A DNA stretch of 64,000 nt from NCBI GenBank assembly GCA_002269645.1, contig NIVC01000390.1, positions 477,516-541,515 of the forward strand, given 5' to 3'. Both the position numbers and the translations under genes were made by a program. Below are positions 1 to 11,050 of this stretch, one piece after another. Under the pieces are notes generated by a model that was given only the letters and a program-made list of their open reading frames with translations, was not told the origin of the DNA and made no database searches. Positions within the stretch are counted from its first letter, which is position 1. Each line of letters starts with the position of its first letter. The stretch is from Macrostomum lignano (lineage: Eukaryota).

Positions 1-199
1 TCCTGGGGTCCTCCATGGCAATGTCGCAGCCCTAACTAGTAAAGTTTGCAGCGAATGAACTGGGGAATTTATCCCCGATCCCAGACCCCGACCAGCCCCT
101 GATGGAGTATCTATTTATTCTCCACCGCATACTCAACGTCTGAAATCGCAATTACCTCTGAATTCTAATGGTTTGGCAAAGACCTCAATCGGGGCGTAC

Positions 200-680
200 A
201 GAAGGACTGACAGCTACAGAGGGGTGACAGCTACAGAGGGGTGACAGCTACAGAGGGGTGACAGCTACAGAGGGACTGACAGCTACAGAGGGGTGACAGC
301 TACAGAGGGACTGACAGCTACAGAGGGGTGACAGCTACAGACGGGTGACAGCTACAGAGGGACTGACAGCTACAGAGGGGTGACAGCTACAGAGGGACTG
401 ACAGCTACAGAGGGGTGACAGCTACAAAGGGGTGACAGCGACAGAGGGACTGACAGCTACAGAGGGACTGACAGCTACAGAAGGAGTAACAGCTGCAGAG
501 TCGCAGATACAGAAAGAAGGACAGCTACAGAGGGGGGTCACAGCTATAGAAGGGGTCACAGCTACAGAAGGGTCACAGCTACAGAAGGGTCACAGCTACA
601 GAAGGGTCACAGCTACAGAAGGGTCACAGCTACAGAAGGGTCACAGCTACAGAAGGGTCACAGCTACAGAGGGGGTCACA
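200..680. repeat. 17-18 bp minisatellite (GACAGCTACAGAGGGGT), inside Smad intron
   Basis: Directly visible tandem array, roughly 27 units, drifting to CACAGCTACAGAAGGGT at the right end. Confidence 0.95.
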
Positions 681-703
681 GTTCCAAACTCCAGGCAAGT
701 CCC

Positions 704-976
704 GTGCTTAGCCAGCCTATACCTTACCTATACGGATGGTGGCAGTGCTTAGCCAGCCTTTACCTTACCTATACGGATGGTGGCAGTGCTTAGCCAGCCT
801 ATACCTTACCTATACGGATGGTGGCAGTGCTTAGCCAGCCTATACCTTACCTATACGGATGGTGGCAGTGCTTAGCCTGCCTATACCTTACCTATACGGA
901 TGGTGGCAGTGCTTAGCCAGCCTATACCTTACCTATACGGATGGTGGCAGTGCTTAGCCAGCCTATACCTTACCTA
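704..976. repeat. 41-bp minisatellite copying the Smad exon end plus 5' splice site
   Basis: Unit AGCCAGCCTATACCTTACCTATACGGATGGTGGCAGTGCTT, about 6.7 copies. Near-identical to 3822-3861, which spans the Smad donor site. Confidence 0.93.
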
Positions 977-978
977 CC

Positions 979-3821
979 CGATGGGAAATCTGGAGGGGTG
1001 TTGGAGGCTCACTTTTTGGCGCTAACCTCTAATGATTTTTTATTTGGTTACACTAAACAAATGGGAGGCTAGAGGCTAGGTTAGAGGCTCGACTCTTGGG
1101 TGTCGCAGCCTCTAAACATGACCCATATTTGATGCTCGCTATTTGAGGCTCGTATTGGAGGCTGGATTAGACGCTGGCGATTCGATGCTGAATTGGAGGC
1201 TCAATTAGAGGCTCAGTTAGAGGCTAGATTCGGGACTGGCGATTCGATTCTCTGTTAGAGGCTCAATTAGAGGCTCAATTAGAGGCTGGATTCGGGACTG
1301 GCGATTTGACGCTCAGTTAGAGGCTCAATTAGAGGCTGGATTCGGGACTGGCGATTTGACGCTCAGTTAGAGGCTCAATTAGAGGCTGGATTCGGGACTG
1401 GCGATTTGACGCTCAGTTAGAGGCTCAATTAGAGGCTGGATTCGGGACTGGCGATTTGACGCTCAGTTAGAGGCTCAATTAGACGCTCAATTAGAGGCTG
1501 AATTAGAGGATGGATTCGAGACTGGCGTAGTTTTTTTTCAAAGGCATTACTAAAAAGCATTTTAGTAGCATTGTCTAGCTACTAAACAGCTAGACAATGT
1601 CTGTTCAAAAAGATGTTAAAAGGCCATATAATCGGTCATATGGATTGTATTGTAACATACTAAACAATAACGATATTTGGAATTATGAAATATAGCTTAT
1701 CTGCATAGTATATTTTCCCTCCTTAAGATACAGTGCACACAACGTATTCTCTTATACAGAGACGGGTGTCTTACTGGGTATAGGCGAGTATATACAGCTA
1801 AGAGTTCATATTTTTATGAGAGGGATATTTGCTCCCCTATTTGCAAAAGAGCTGCAGGCACACACCATTAAGCCTCCAACTTGAGCTTCTCTTCCAGCTT
1901 CCAGCCTCGAATCCAGCCTCTAATCCAACCTCTAATCCAACCTCTAATCCAACCTCTAATCCAGCCTCTAATACGGCCTCGAATCCAGCCTCTAATCCAG
2001 CCTCTAATCCAGCCTCTAATCCGATCTCTAATCCAGCCTCGGATCCAGCCTCTAATCCAGTCTCTAATCCAGCCTCGGATCCGACCTCTAATCCAGTCTC
2101 TAATCCGACCTCTAATCCAGTCTCTAATCCAGCCTCGGATCCAGCCTCTAATCCGACCTCTAATCCAGTCTCTAATCCAGCCTCGAATTCGACCTCTAAT
2201 CCAGTCTCTAATCCAGCCTCGGATCCAGCCTCAAATCCGACCTCTAATCCAGCCTCTAACTTGAACATCGAATCCAGCCTCTATTCCAGCCTCGAATTTA
2301 GCCTCTAAATTAAAAATCAAATCCAGGCTCAAATAAAGCCTCTAATCTAGCCTCGAATTTAGCCTCTAAATTAAAAATCTAATCCAGGCTCAAATAAAGC
2401 CTCTAATCCAGCCTCGAATTTAGCCTCTAAATTAAAAATCAAATCCAGGCTCAAATAAAGCCTCTAATCCGGCCTCGAATTTAGCCTCTAAATTAAAAAT
2501 CAAATCCAGGCTCAAATAAAGCCTCTAATCTAGCCTCGAATTTAGCCTCTAAATTAAAAATCAAATCCAGGCTCAAATAAAGCCTCTAATCTAGCCTTGA
2601 ATTTAGCCTCTAAATTAAAAATCAAATCCAGGCTCAAATAAAGCCTCTAATCTAGCCTCGAATTTAGCCTCTAAATTAAAAATCAAATCCAGGCTCAAAT
2701 AAAGCCTCTAATCTAGCCTTGAATTTAGCCTCTAAATTAAAAATCAAATCCAGGCTCAAATAAAGCCTCTAATCTAGCCTCGAATTTAGCCTCTAAATTA
2801 AAAATCAAATCCAGGCTCAAATAAAGCCTCTAATCTAGCCTCGAATTTAGCCTCTAAATTAAAAATCAAATCCAGGCTCAAATAAAGCCTCTAATCTAGC
2901 CTTGAATTTAGCCTCTAAATTAAAAATCAAATCCAGGCTCAAATAAAGCCTCTAATCTAGCCTCGAATTTAGCCTCTAAATTAAAAATCAAATCCAGGCT
3001 CAAATAAAGCCTCTAATCTAGCCTCGAATTTAGCCTCTAAATTAAAAATCAAATCCAGGCTCAAATAAAGCCTCTAATCTAGCCTTGAATTTAGCCTCTA
3101 AATTAAAAATCAAATCCAGGCTCAAATAAAGCCTCTAATCTAGCCTTGAATTTAGCCTCTAAATTAAAAATCAAATCCAGGCTCAAATAAAGCCTCTAAT
3201 CTAGCCTTGAATTTAGCCTCTAAATTAAAAATCAAATCCAGGCTCAAATAAAGCCTCTAATCTAGCCTCGAATTTAGCCTCTAAATTAAAAATCAAATCC
3301 AGGCTCAAATAAAGCCTCTAATCTAGCCTCGAATTTAGCCTCTAAATTAAAAATCAAATCCAGGCTCAAATAAAGCCTCTAATCTAGCCTTGAATTTAGC
3401 CTCTAAATTAAAAATCAAATCCAGGCTCAAATAAAGCCTCTAATCCAGCCTTGAATTTAGCCTCTAAATTAAAAATCAAATCCAGGCTCAAATAAAGCCT
3501 CTAATCTAGCCTCGAATTTAGCCTCTAAATTAAAAATCAAATCCAGGCTCAAATAAAGCCTCTAATCTAGCCTCGAATTTAGCCTCTAAATTAAAAATCA
3601 AATCCAGGCTCAAATAAAGCCTCTAATCTAGCCTCGAATTTAGCCTCTAAATTAAAAATCAAATCCAGGCTCAAATAAAGCCTCTAATCCAGCCCCTGCT
3701 TCAGACTCTAATTTGAACCTCTACTCCAGCCTCGAATCCAGCATCAAATACAATCTCTTTCAATGCTGAAGATTATTTTTGAGGCTAGGGTAAAAATTAG
3801 AGGCTGCCCTTTTTCCCATCG
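979..3821. mobile_element. Foldback-like non-autonomous DNA element with inverted minisatellite arms
   Basis: Termini CGATGGGAAA (979-988) and TTTCCCATCG (3812-3821) are inverted. Left arm TTAGAGGCTGGATTCG repeats (50-bp unit, ~1200-1520) are the reverse complement of right arm CGAATCCAGCCTCTAA repeats (12-bp units ~1900-2280, 61-bp units ~2285-3695). No transposase ORF. Confidence 0.65.
2285..3695. repeat. 61-bp tandem repeat, ~23 highly homogeneous copies
   Basis: One-base shift per 60-nt line gives a period of 61. Unit contains AGCCTCGAATTTAGCCTCTAAATTAAAAATCAAATCCAGGCTCAAATAAAGCCTCTAATCT. Confidence 0.95.
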
Positions 3822-3839
3822 AGCCAGCCTATACCTTAC

Positions 3840-4242
3840 CTATACGGATGCTGGCAGTGCTCAAGCGGTCGCAGCTCCTGCGGAGTCTGCAAGTCGGGCC
3901 AGCGCCACAGCCGGCAGGCGACCACGTGCAGCGGCTCGGGATCGGCCGAATCGCCGACTGTAGCAGTGACGCAGGCGGTGGCGGCATTCTGCTCAGACAG
4001 CGCCCGCTCCAACAATTTGGCCTGCTCATTTTTCTTTAATCGTTTAATTAACGATTTAACAGTTTTCTCTTTGCCGGCGCCATCTGTCGGAGGCTGAGGC
4101 TGCGCCTGCACGGCCAAGCTGACCAGCCTCTTTACGGAGGACGAGTGCGCGCCTCCGATTAGTCCGGCGAGCGACAGAAGAAAAGGTTTTTTAATGAAGT
4201 GGCTTTTTCGATTTCACTACTGAAAGTAGCCGAAATAGACAT
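3840..4242 (-). CDS. SMAD: Smad-family protein, MH1-domain exon (divergent, probably inhibitory Smad6/7-like); gene continues left of the window; start codon unresolved
   Basis: KTVKSLIKRLKK...LERALS...CVT...PLHVVACRLWRWPDLQTPQELRPLEHC matches MH1 motifs. Donor AG|GTAAGG at 3840/3839. The R-Smad DNA-binding hairpin RLQVSHRK is absent. The MH1 frame is open only to ~4213 and has no ATG; the ATG at 4242 is in another frame. Confidence 0.85.
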
Positions 4243-4269
4243 TAAATCTAATTTGCCTAGCAACTGCTT

Positions 4270-4565
4270 ATTATAGCGGTTCTTAATGGTGTTTATAGCG
4301 GTTCCTAAGGATGTTTAAATATACCGATTCTCAAGGACGTTTATAGCGGTTCTAAAATGCGTTTATAGCGCTACTCAAGGGTGTTTATAGCGGTTCTCAA
4401 GGGCGATTATAGCGGTTTTAAAGGGTGTTTATAGCAATTTTCAAGGATGTTTAAATATACCGATTCTCAAGTGTGTTTATAACGATTCTCAAGGGTGTTT
4501 ATAACGATTCTCAAGGGTGTTTATAACGATTTTCAAGGGTGTTTATAACGGTTCTTAAGGGTGTT
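4270..4565. repeat. Degenerate ~22-bp minisatellite (GTGTTTATAGCGGTTCTCAAGG) upstream of Smad exon
   Basis: Visible imperfect tandem copies. Confidence 0.8.
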
Positions 4566-5117
4566 TATACGTTTATCCCATTGTCAATTAGTGAAAAATT
4601 TTATAACAAAATAATCAAGACACAGCTTTGAGAATAATGAGAACAAGCACTCTATTTTGAAAAAAGCATAATTAGTATAAATCCGAATACAATTTTGAAA
4701 ATCAATTTAGGCATGCAGAGAAAATTGCTAGTGGCAAATGGATAACAATAGCTGAAATAGAAAAATCTGAGATTTCATAAATAGCGCGCCGGCCTGCTTA
4801 TTGCATTTTAATGAGTTTAAATTAACAAAGGAAATTTCATAAACCTGTATTTTAATACTCTGTTGTTTTAACACTTATGTTCGGAATGTTAGCGTTTTGA
4901 ATGGTGCCCAAAACTTCATTAACATGGCTTTGGAAGCTTCGAAACTGATAAGCGAATATTTAAAAGTACACTTTGATCTCAGATCTTGATCTCTTCTGCG
5001 AGGGGTGCTCTTATATCTTCGAAATTTCATATCACTGACAAGGTTAACTTATAATTCTAACGGAGATATGATGGACATAAATTTTGGAATAGAGAAAGAG
5101 GCTGCTAAAAATGAAGT

Positions 5118-5310
5118 ATATCGGAGATAAGAATTGTCGGAGATGTGAACTGTCAGAGATATCAAGTGTCGGAGATATCAAATGTCGGAGATATCAAATG
5201 TCGGAGATATCAAGTGTCGGAGATATCAAGTGTCGGAGATATCAAGTGTCGGAGATATCAAGTGTCGGGGATATCAAGTGTCGGAGACATCAAATGTCGG
5301 AGATATCAAA
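5118..5310. repeat. 16-bp minisatellite (TGTCGGAGATATCAAG)
   Basis: About 11-12 tandem copies just beyond the NAGK stop codon. Confidence 0.92.
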
Positions 5311-5446
5311 CTCCCCCATTTTTGCGAAAGGATTTCTGATCCTTACTAATCGGATAAAAAACCAGCAATTTTGATTCTTTTTAAAATCCAAAAATCTCCG
5401 ATTACAAATCCTTAACAATTTCATATTTCAACCCAGGCGGCATCAA

Positions 5447-7086
5447 TCATCTGTCGGCGGTCAGGCTGTCCATCTCCAGCAGCAGGCCGGCCCGATCGAC
5501 GGGTAGCTCGACGCCGATCCGCAATCCGGCCAGCCAGGCGGCCCCCAGCGCCGCGCCACCGCTGTCGGCGCCGCCGTTGTCTCTGAAGCGAACCAGCCGG
5601 AGGGGCACCGGGCAGCCACGCTGTCGAAGGGCTTCGACGAAGCCCGGCCGGAGCAGCGCGTAGCTCAGCCACACGGAGCCGGCGCACACCACCGTCAGGC
5701 GGCCCGACCCATCCAGCAGGCGCTGAAGGCTGCCGACTTCTCCGCTGTCAGCCGCAGCTGCCCGCCTGACGACCGCGATCACGTGACCAGCTAATTCGGC
5801 GCCGGCGTCGGCGAACACGCGTCTAGAAATGCGAATGGGATAAATAGGATTTTCTTAACAGCAGAATGGGATTTCGATTGATCAATGGGATTTCAGATTG
5901 ATGAATGGGATTTTCTAAACAGCCGAATGGGATTTCAGATTGATGAATGAGATTTTCTAAACAGCCGAATGGGATTTCAGATTGATGAATGGGATTTTCT
6001 AAACAGCCGACTGGGATTTCAGATTGATGAATGGAATTTCAGATTGATTCGTGGGATTTCAGATTGAGCAATGGGATTTTAGATTGATGAATGGGATTTC
6101 AGATTGATAAATGGGGACTTCAGATTGATAAATGGGATTTCACATTGATAAATGGGATTTCAGATTGATAAAAATGGGATTTCAGATTGATAAATGGGAT
6201 TTCAGATTGATAAATGGGACTAACATTGTTACTTTGCTAACGACAATCACTTAGCTAAGAAGTCCATGCCCCAACCCCAATCTAACCTAGCCAGTGCATC
6301 GCCGCCGTCAGCAGCGAGGCGAGCCAGCTTGGCAGTCAGGGCGGCCACTCGCGACTTCTCAAAATTGGTGTACAAATGCGACAAAATGCCGTCGTAGTCC
6401 GTTATACCGAAGTGCTGAAAGGCGGCATCGCGGACGGCCTCGACCGGCTCCGGACAGGTGCGCAGTCCGTCCCGGTGGTCCCACACGGCTTTGATCGCCC
6501 GCTGGGCAATCCAATAGGCCGAGCCCTCGTCCCCTAGCATGTAGCTCCAGCCGCCGCAGTGCAGAGTAGCCGAGCCGTCACGACTGCTCAGACAGCAATT
6601 CGACCCGGTGCCGGCTATGACCACAACCCCGCCGGAGTCGCTAGCGGCGGCAACAGCGCCGACGCAATCGTTAACGACAGCCAGCTGACAATCGGCTGAC
6701 AGATCCGGCAGGCGCTGTCGCAAAGTCCGCTCCATCTCGCTGGCATTGTCCGCGTTGCTGATGCCGCTGAGCGCCATGCCGACTCCGGCTACGTCGCCGA
6801 TTTTGACGCCGGCGTCGGTCAGTAGGGCGTCGATGCCGACGGCTAGCCGGTCGGCGCAGACAGAGAAACCGTCAAGCCAGTGGTTGGTGCCGCCGGCGCT
6901 GGCTCGGCTGAGCAGGCGGCCAGAGCCGGCCTCGGCCAGGCACAGCTTCGTCACGCTGGCGCCGCCCTCTACGCCAATTAGCAGGCGAGGCCGATCGGCG
7001 GCCTCTGCCGACTGCTGCTGCTCAGCCTGCAAAATTGCAGCGGCGAGCGATGAGCGGCTCAGTGGATTTTCACTGTTTGTTTGCAT
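5447..7086 (-). CDS. NAGK: N-acetyl-D-glucosamine kinase; exons complement(join(5447..5822,6287..7086)), 391 aa
   Basis: Motifs GVEGG, VIAGTGSNC, GGWSYMLGDEGSAYWIA, HLYTNFEKSRVA, CAGSVW. GT-AG intron 5823-6286 joins in frame; total 1176 nt. Confidence 0.93.
5860..6220. repeat. 20-bp minisatellite (ATGGGATTTCAGATTGATAA) filling the NAGK intron
   Basis: Visible tandem array. Confidence 0.92.
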
Positions 7087-7162
7087 TCCTAATCACTAGG
7101 GGAGAGATTTGTCACGTGATTGAATTAAAATGCATTTCCTCGAATCTTTCCACTCAGCAAGC

Positions 7163-7570
7163 GAGTGAATGAGTGAGTGAGTGAGTGTGTGAGTGAGTGT
7201 GAGTGTGTGTGAGTGAGTGTGAGTGAGTGTGAGTGAGTGTGTGAGTGAGTGTGAGTGAGTGTGTGAGTGAGTGAGTGAGTGAGTGAGTGTGAGTGAGTGT
7301 GTGAGTGAGTGTGAGTGAGTGTGTGATTGAGTGTGAGTGAGTGTGTGAGTGAGTGAGTGAGTGAGTGAGTGAGTGTGAGTGAGTGAGTGAGTGAGTGAGT
7401 GAGTGAGTGAGTGAGTGAGTGAGTTAGTCAGTCAGTCAGTGAGACAGTCAGTCAGTCAGTGAGTCAGTGAGTCAGTCAGTCAGTCAGTCAGTCAGTCAGT
7501 CAGTCAGTCAGTCAGTCAGTCAGTCAGTCAGTGAGTCAGTCAGTGAGTCAGTCAGTGAGTCAGTCAGTAA
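7163..7570. repeat. Compound microsatellite (GAGT/GT)n grading into (CAGT)n
   Basis: Directly visible. Confidence 0.95.
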
Positions 7571-8514
7571 CTCAGTTTTTGATTACTTTAAGTGATACAG
7601 AAGTTACATTACCAGAGCATTGCTGCTTAATATGTTTTCTAAATGTATCTGTTTATTTTTTGTTTTGCTGTTCCACTGGACTTACAAGTGTGAACTTCAA
7701 ACTCTGACTCTGCTACTGGAAGGTCAAAGTGCATTTGCACACCAAGGCTGTCTGGGAACTGCGCTATAAAACTTGCTATCAAATGCTGCATTACAGTTTA
7801 GAAATGGCATCTGTTTCTACTAAATATGAAAGGGTTTTGTGAGCTTTTATAAGTACATTGTGATTGCAGCTGCAATTCAAAATCAAAAGAGGCCAGTGCC
7901 ACTTTATGAGTTCCCACTCACTGTCACCCCTGAGGCATGACCTCACCTGTGGGCATACACATTCTGAAGTTCTACATAATTGCACATAGGCATATTGTAC
8001 ATTTACTTTCGTTCTTGATCCTTACTATTACTATAAGGGTCACAACTTGAAATAGATTAGCATAGATATAGATATATATGTATAGGTGATAGATAGAAAG
8101 ATAGAGATCTAGAGATGATAGATACGAGTACATATAGATTGCCAAAAAAATATAAATATATAGAGTAGACATTCTAAATGGGTATACTTTTAATGGTTTC
8201 ATAGGCTTAATAGGCTGCATCTTATTGTATCCCAAGGATCAAGATTTATTAGAGACCTATAACAAATGCATTAAGAGCTCCATTGTTAAGATATTGTTAA
8301 GATTAAAATATGGTATATAATTTGCTAGTGGTATTCTAGAAAATATGCTGTTATACTAGATTTTTTATTAACAGTATATTTATCTTAATTTTGGCTAAAA
8401 TTCAACCCTATTGAAATAGGGCCTGAGTCTTCATTTTATAGACACTATCTGGCCTACAAGGGCAGACTTGACCTGGCGGCTTTACCCAAGAAAGGGTATG
8501 TGTAAAATGTAAGC

Positions 8515-10435
8515 AAAATGGAGCCTGAAGCATTGGGTCCCAATTTCTCTATGTCAATCCTTTCATTTGGAGCCAAATAGCTCCCGTTATGCCAAAAACC
8601 TGACCATTTTAGCATTTGGGGATCTCTATAAAGAGAAATGAGATAAATGGGGATTTCATATGAACTTAAGGCTCTAGAATGGAGCCTGAAGCATTGGGTC
8701 CCAATTTCTCTATGCTAATCCTTTCATTTGGAGCCAAATAGCTCCCGTTATGCCAAAAACCTGACCATTTTAGCATTTGGGGATCTCTGTAAAGAGAAAT
8801 GAGATAAATGGGGATTTCATATGAACTTAAGGCTCTAGAATAGAGCCTGAAGCATTGGGTCCTAATTTCTCTATGCTAATCCTTTCATTTGGAGCCAAAT
8901 AGCTCCCATTATGCCAAAAACCTGACCATTTTAGCATTTGGGGATCTCTGTAAAGAGAAATGAGATAAATAGGGATTTCATATGAACTTAAGGCTCTAGA
9001 ATGGAACCTGAAGCATTGGGTCCCAATTTCTCTATGCTAATCCTTTCATTTGGAGCCAAATAGCTCCTGTTATGCCAAAAACCTGACCATTTTAGCATTT
9101 GGGGATCTCTGTAAAGAGAAATGGGATAAATAGGGATTTCATATGAACTTAAGGCTCTAGAATAGAGCCTGAAGCATTGGGTCCTAATTTCTCTATGCTA
9201 ATCCTTTCATTTGGAGCCAAATAGCTCCTGTTATGCCAAAAACCTGACCATTTTAGCATTTGGGGATCTCTGTAAAGAGAAATGAGATAAATGGGGATTT
9301 CATATGAACTTAAGGCTCTAGAATAGAGCCTGAAGCATTGGGTCCTAATTTCTCTATGCTAATCCTTTCATTTGGAGCCAAATAGCTCCTGTTATGCCAA
9401 AAACCTGACCATTTTAGCATTTGGGGATCTCTGTAAAGAGAAATGAGATAAATAGGGATTTCATATGAACTTAAGGCTCTAGAATGGAACCTGAAGCATT
9501 GGGTCCCAATTTCTCTATGCTAATCCTTTCATTTGGAGCCAAATAGCTCCTGTTATGCCAAAAACCTGACCACTTTAGCATTTGGGGATCTCTGTAAAGA
9601 GAAATGGGATAAATAGGGATTTCATATGAACTTAAGGCTCTAGAATAGAGCCTGAAGCATTGGGTCCTAATTTCTCTATGCTAATCCTTTCATTTGGAGC
9701 CAAATAGCTCCTGTTATGCCAAAAACCTGACCATTTTAGCATTTGGGGATCTCTGTAAAGAGAAATGAGATAAATGGGGATTTCATATGAACTTAAGGCT
9801 CTAGAATAGAGCCTGAAGCATTGGGTCCTAATTTCTCTATGCTAATCCTTTCATTTGGAGCCAAATAGCTCCCGTTATGCCAAAAACCTGACCATTTTAG
9901 CATTTGGGGATCTCTGTAAAGAGAAATGAGATAAATAGGGATTTCATATGAACTTAAGGCTCTAGAATGGAACCTGAAGCATTGGGTCCTAATTTCTCTA
10001 TGCTAATCCTTTCATTTGGAGCCAAATAGCTCCTGTTATGCCAAAAACCTGACCATTTTAGCATTTGGGGATCTCTGTAAAGAGAAATGAGATAAATGGG
10101 GATTTCATATGAACTTAAGGCTCTAGAATAGAGCCTGAAGCATTGGGTCCTAATTTCTCTATGCTAATCCTTTCATTTGGAGCCAAATAGCTCCCGTTAT
10201 GCCAAAAACCTGACCATTTTAGCATTTGGGGATCTCTGTAAAGAGAAATGAGATAAATAGGGATTTCATATGAACTTAAGGCTCTAGAATGGAACCTGAA
10301 GCATTGGGTCCCAATTTCTCTATGCTAATCCTTTCATTTGGAGCCAAATAGCTCCTGTTATGCCAAAAACCTGACCACTTTAGCATTTGGGGATCTTGTG
10401 GGGAGAAATGGGATAAATAGGGATTTTATATAAAC
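8515..10435. repeat. 161-bp satellite, ~12 copies
   Basis: GAGCCTGAAGCATTGGGTCC recurs at 8521, 8682, 8843 and onward (period 161), with high identity between units. Confidence 0.95.
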
Positions 10436-10439
10436 ATTT

Positions 10440-11050
10440 CAAGTGACACTTCCGACCATGCCACCATGTCTTGCTGCAATATCTGCAAGCCCAATGACGA
10501 ATGACTGGCTTAAAATAGTTCTAAACAAGAACCTTTGTGACAATTGCCTTCACCAACACTATACTAACGACTGCCACAACACCCAAAACTGTCATGTGTG
10601 CAACACCCCACATCATACCTTGCTGCATAGGGCCACCTTCGACAGTGCTTGCTCTAGCCATTGCTTGCCTAAGACAGGCCAAAATTCCCATGTTAATTTG
10701 GGCTGACACCAACTCCAAAAGACAGCCAACTCCTAAGTCTCTGCTGCAGCCAATGGAGGTCTCATGTTGACTATCATGGCTACTTTCTAGGCAAAGGATG
10801 TCAACCCAAAAGATGGCCACTCTGTTGACTGCACAATTTTTCTCAATTCTTGACTCTGGCTACTTATACTCGCATCTCGATAGCACTGTTGCCCTCAACC
10901 TTGGTCTCAAAGCTGCTAAGAGACTCACAATAGCCACCTCTACCTTATACTCATTCTCGTACTTCCATGTTAGATTACTGTGGACCTTGTCAGTTTTGAC
11001 CTCCAGGCCCCAGACAGCCATTGCTGGATAATCACATCCCTCGCCTCCAA
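10440..11050 (+). mobile_element. Degenerate BEL/Pao LTR retrotransposon fragment (gag zinc knuckles plus aspartic protease)
   Basis: LCDNCLHQHYTNDCHNTQNCHVCNTPHHTLLH is the BEL/Pao gag CCHC signature ending HHTLLH. Downstream, in another frame, ILDSG...LNLGL resembles the protease. Frameshifted; no LTR seen. Confidence 0.8.

Noticed and set aside
1-35. Possible next Smad exon on the minus strand (TTAG|GGCTGCGACATTGCC...)
   Set aside because: Only about 30 nt visible, and the translation does not show the expected CxNPYHY motif
7600-8300. CpG-poor, vaguely coding-like sequence and short ORFs
   Set aside because: No recognisable motif; probably decayed TE but unsupported
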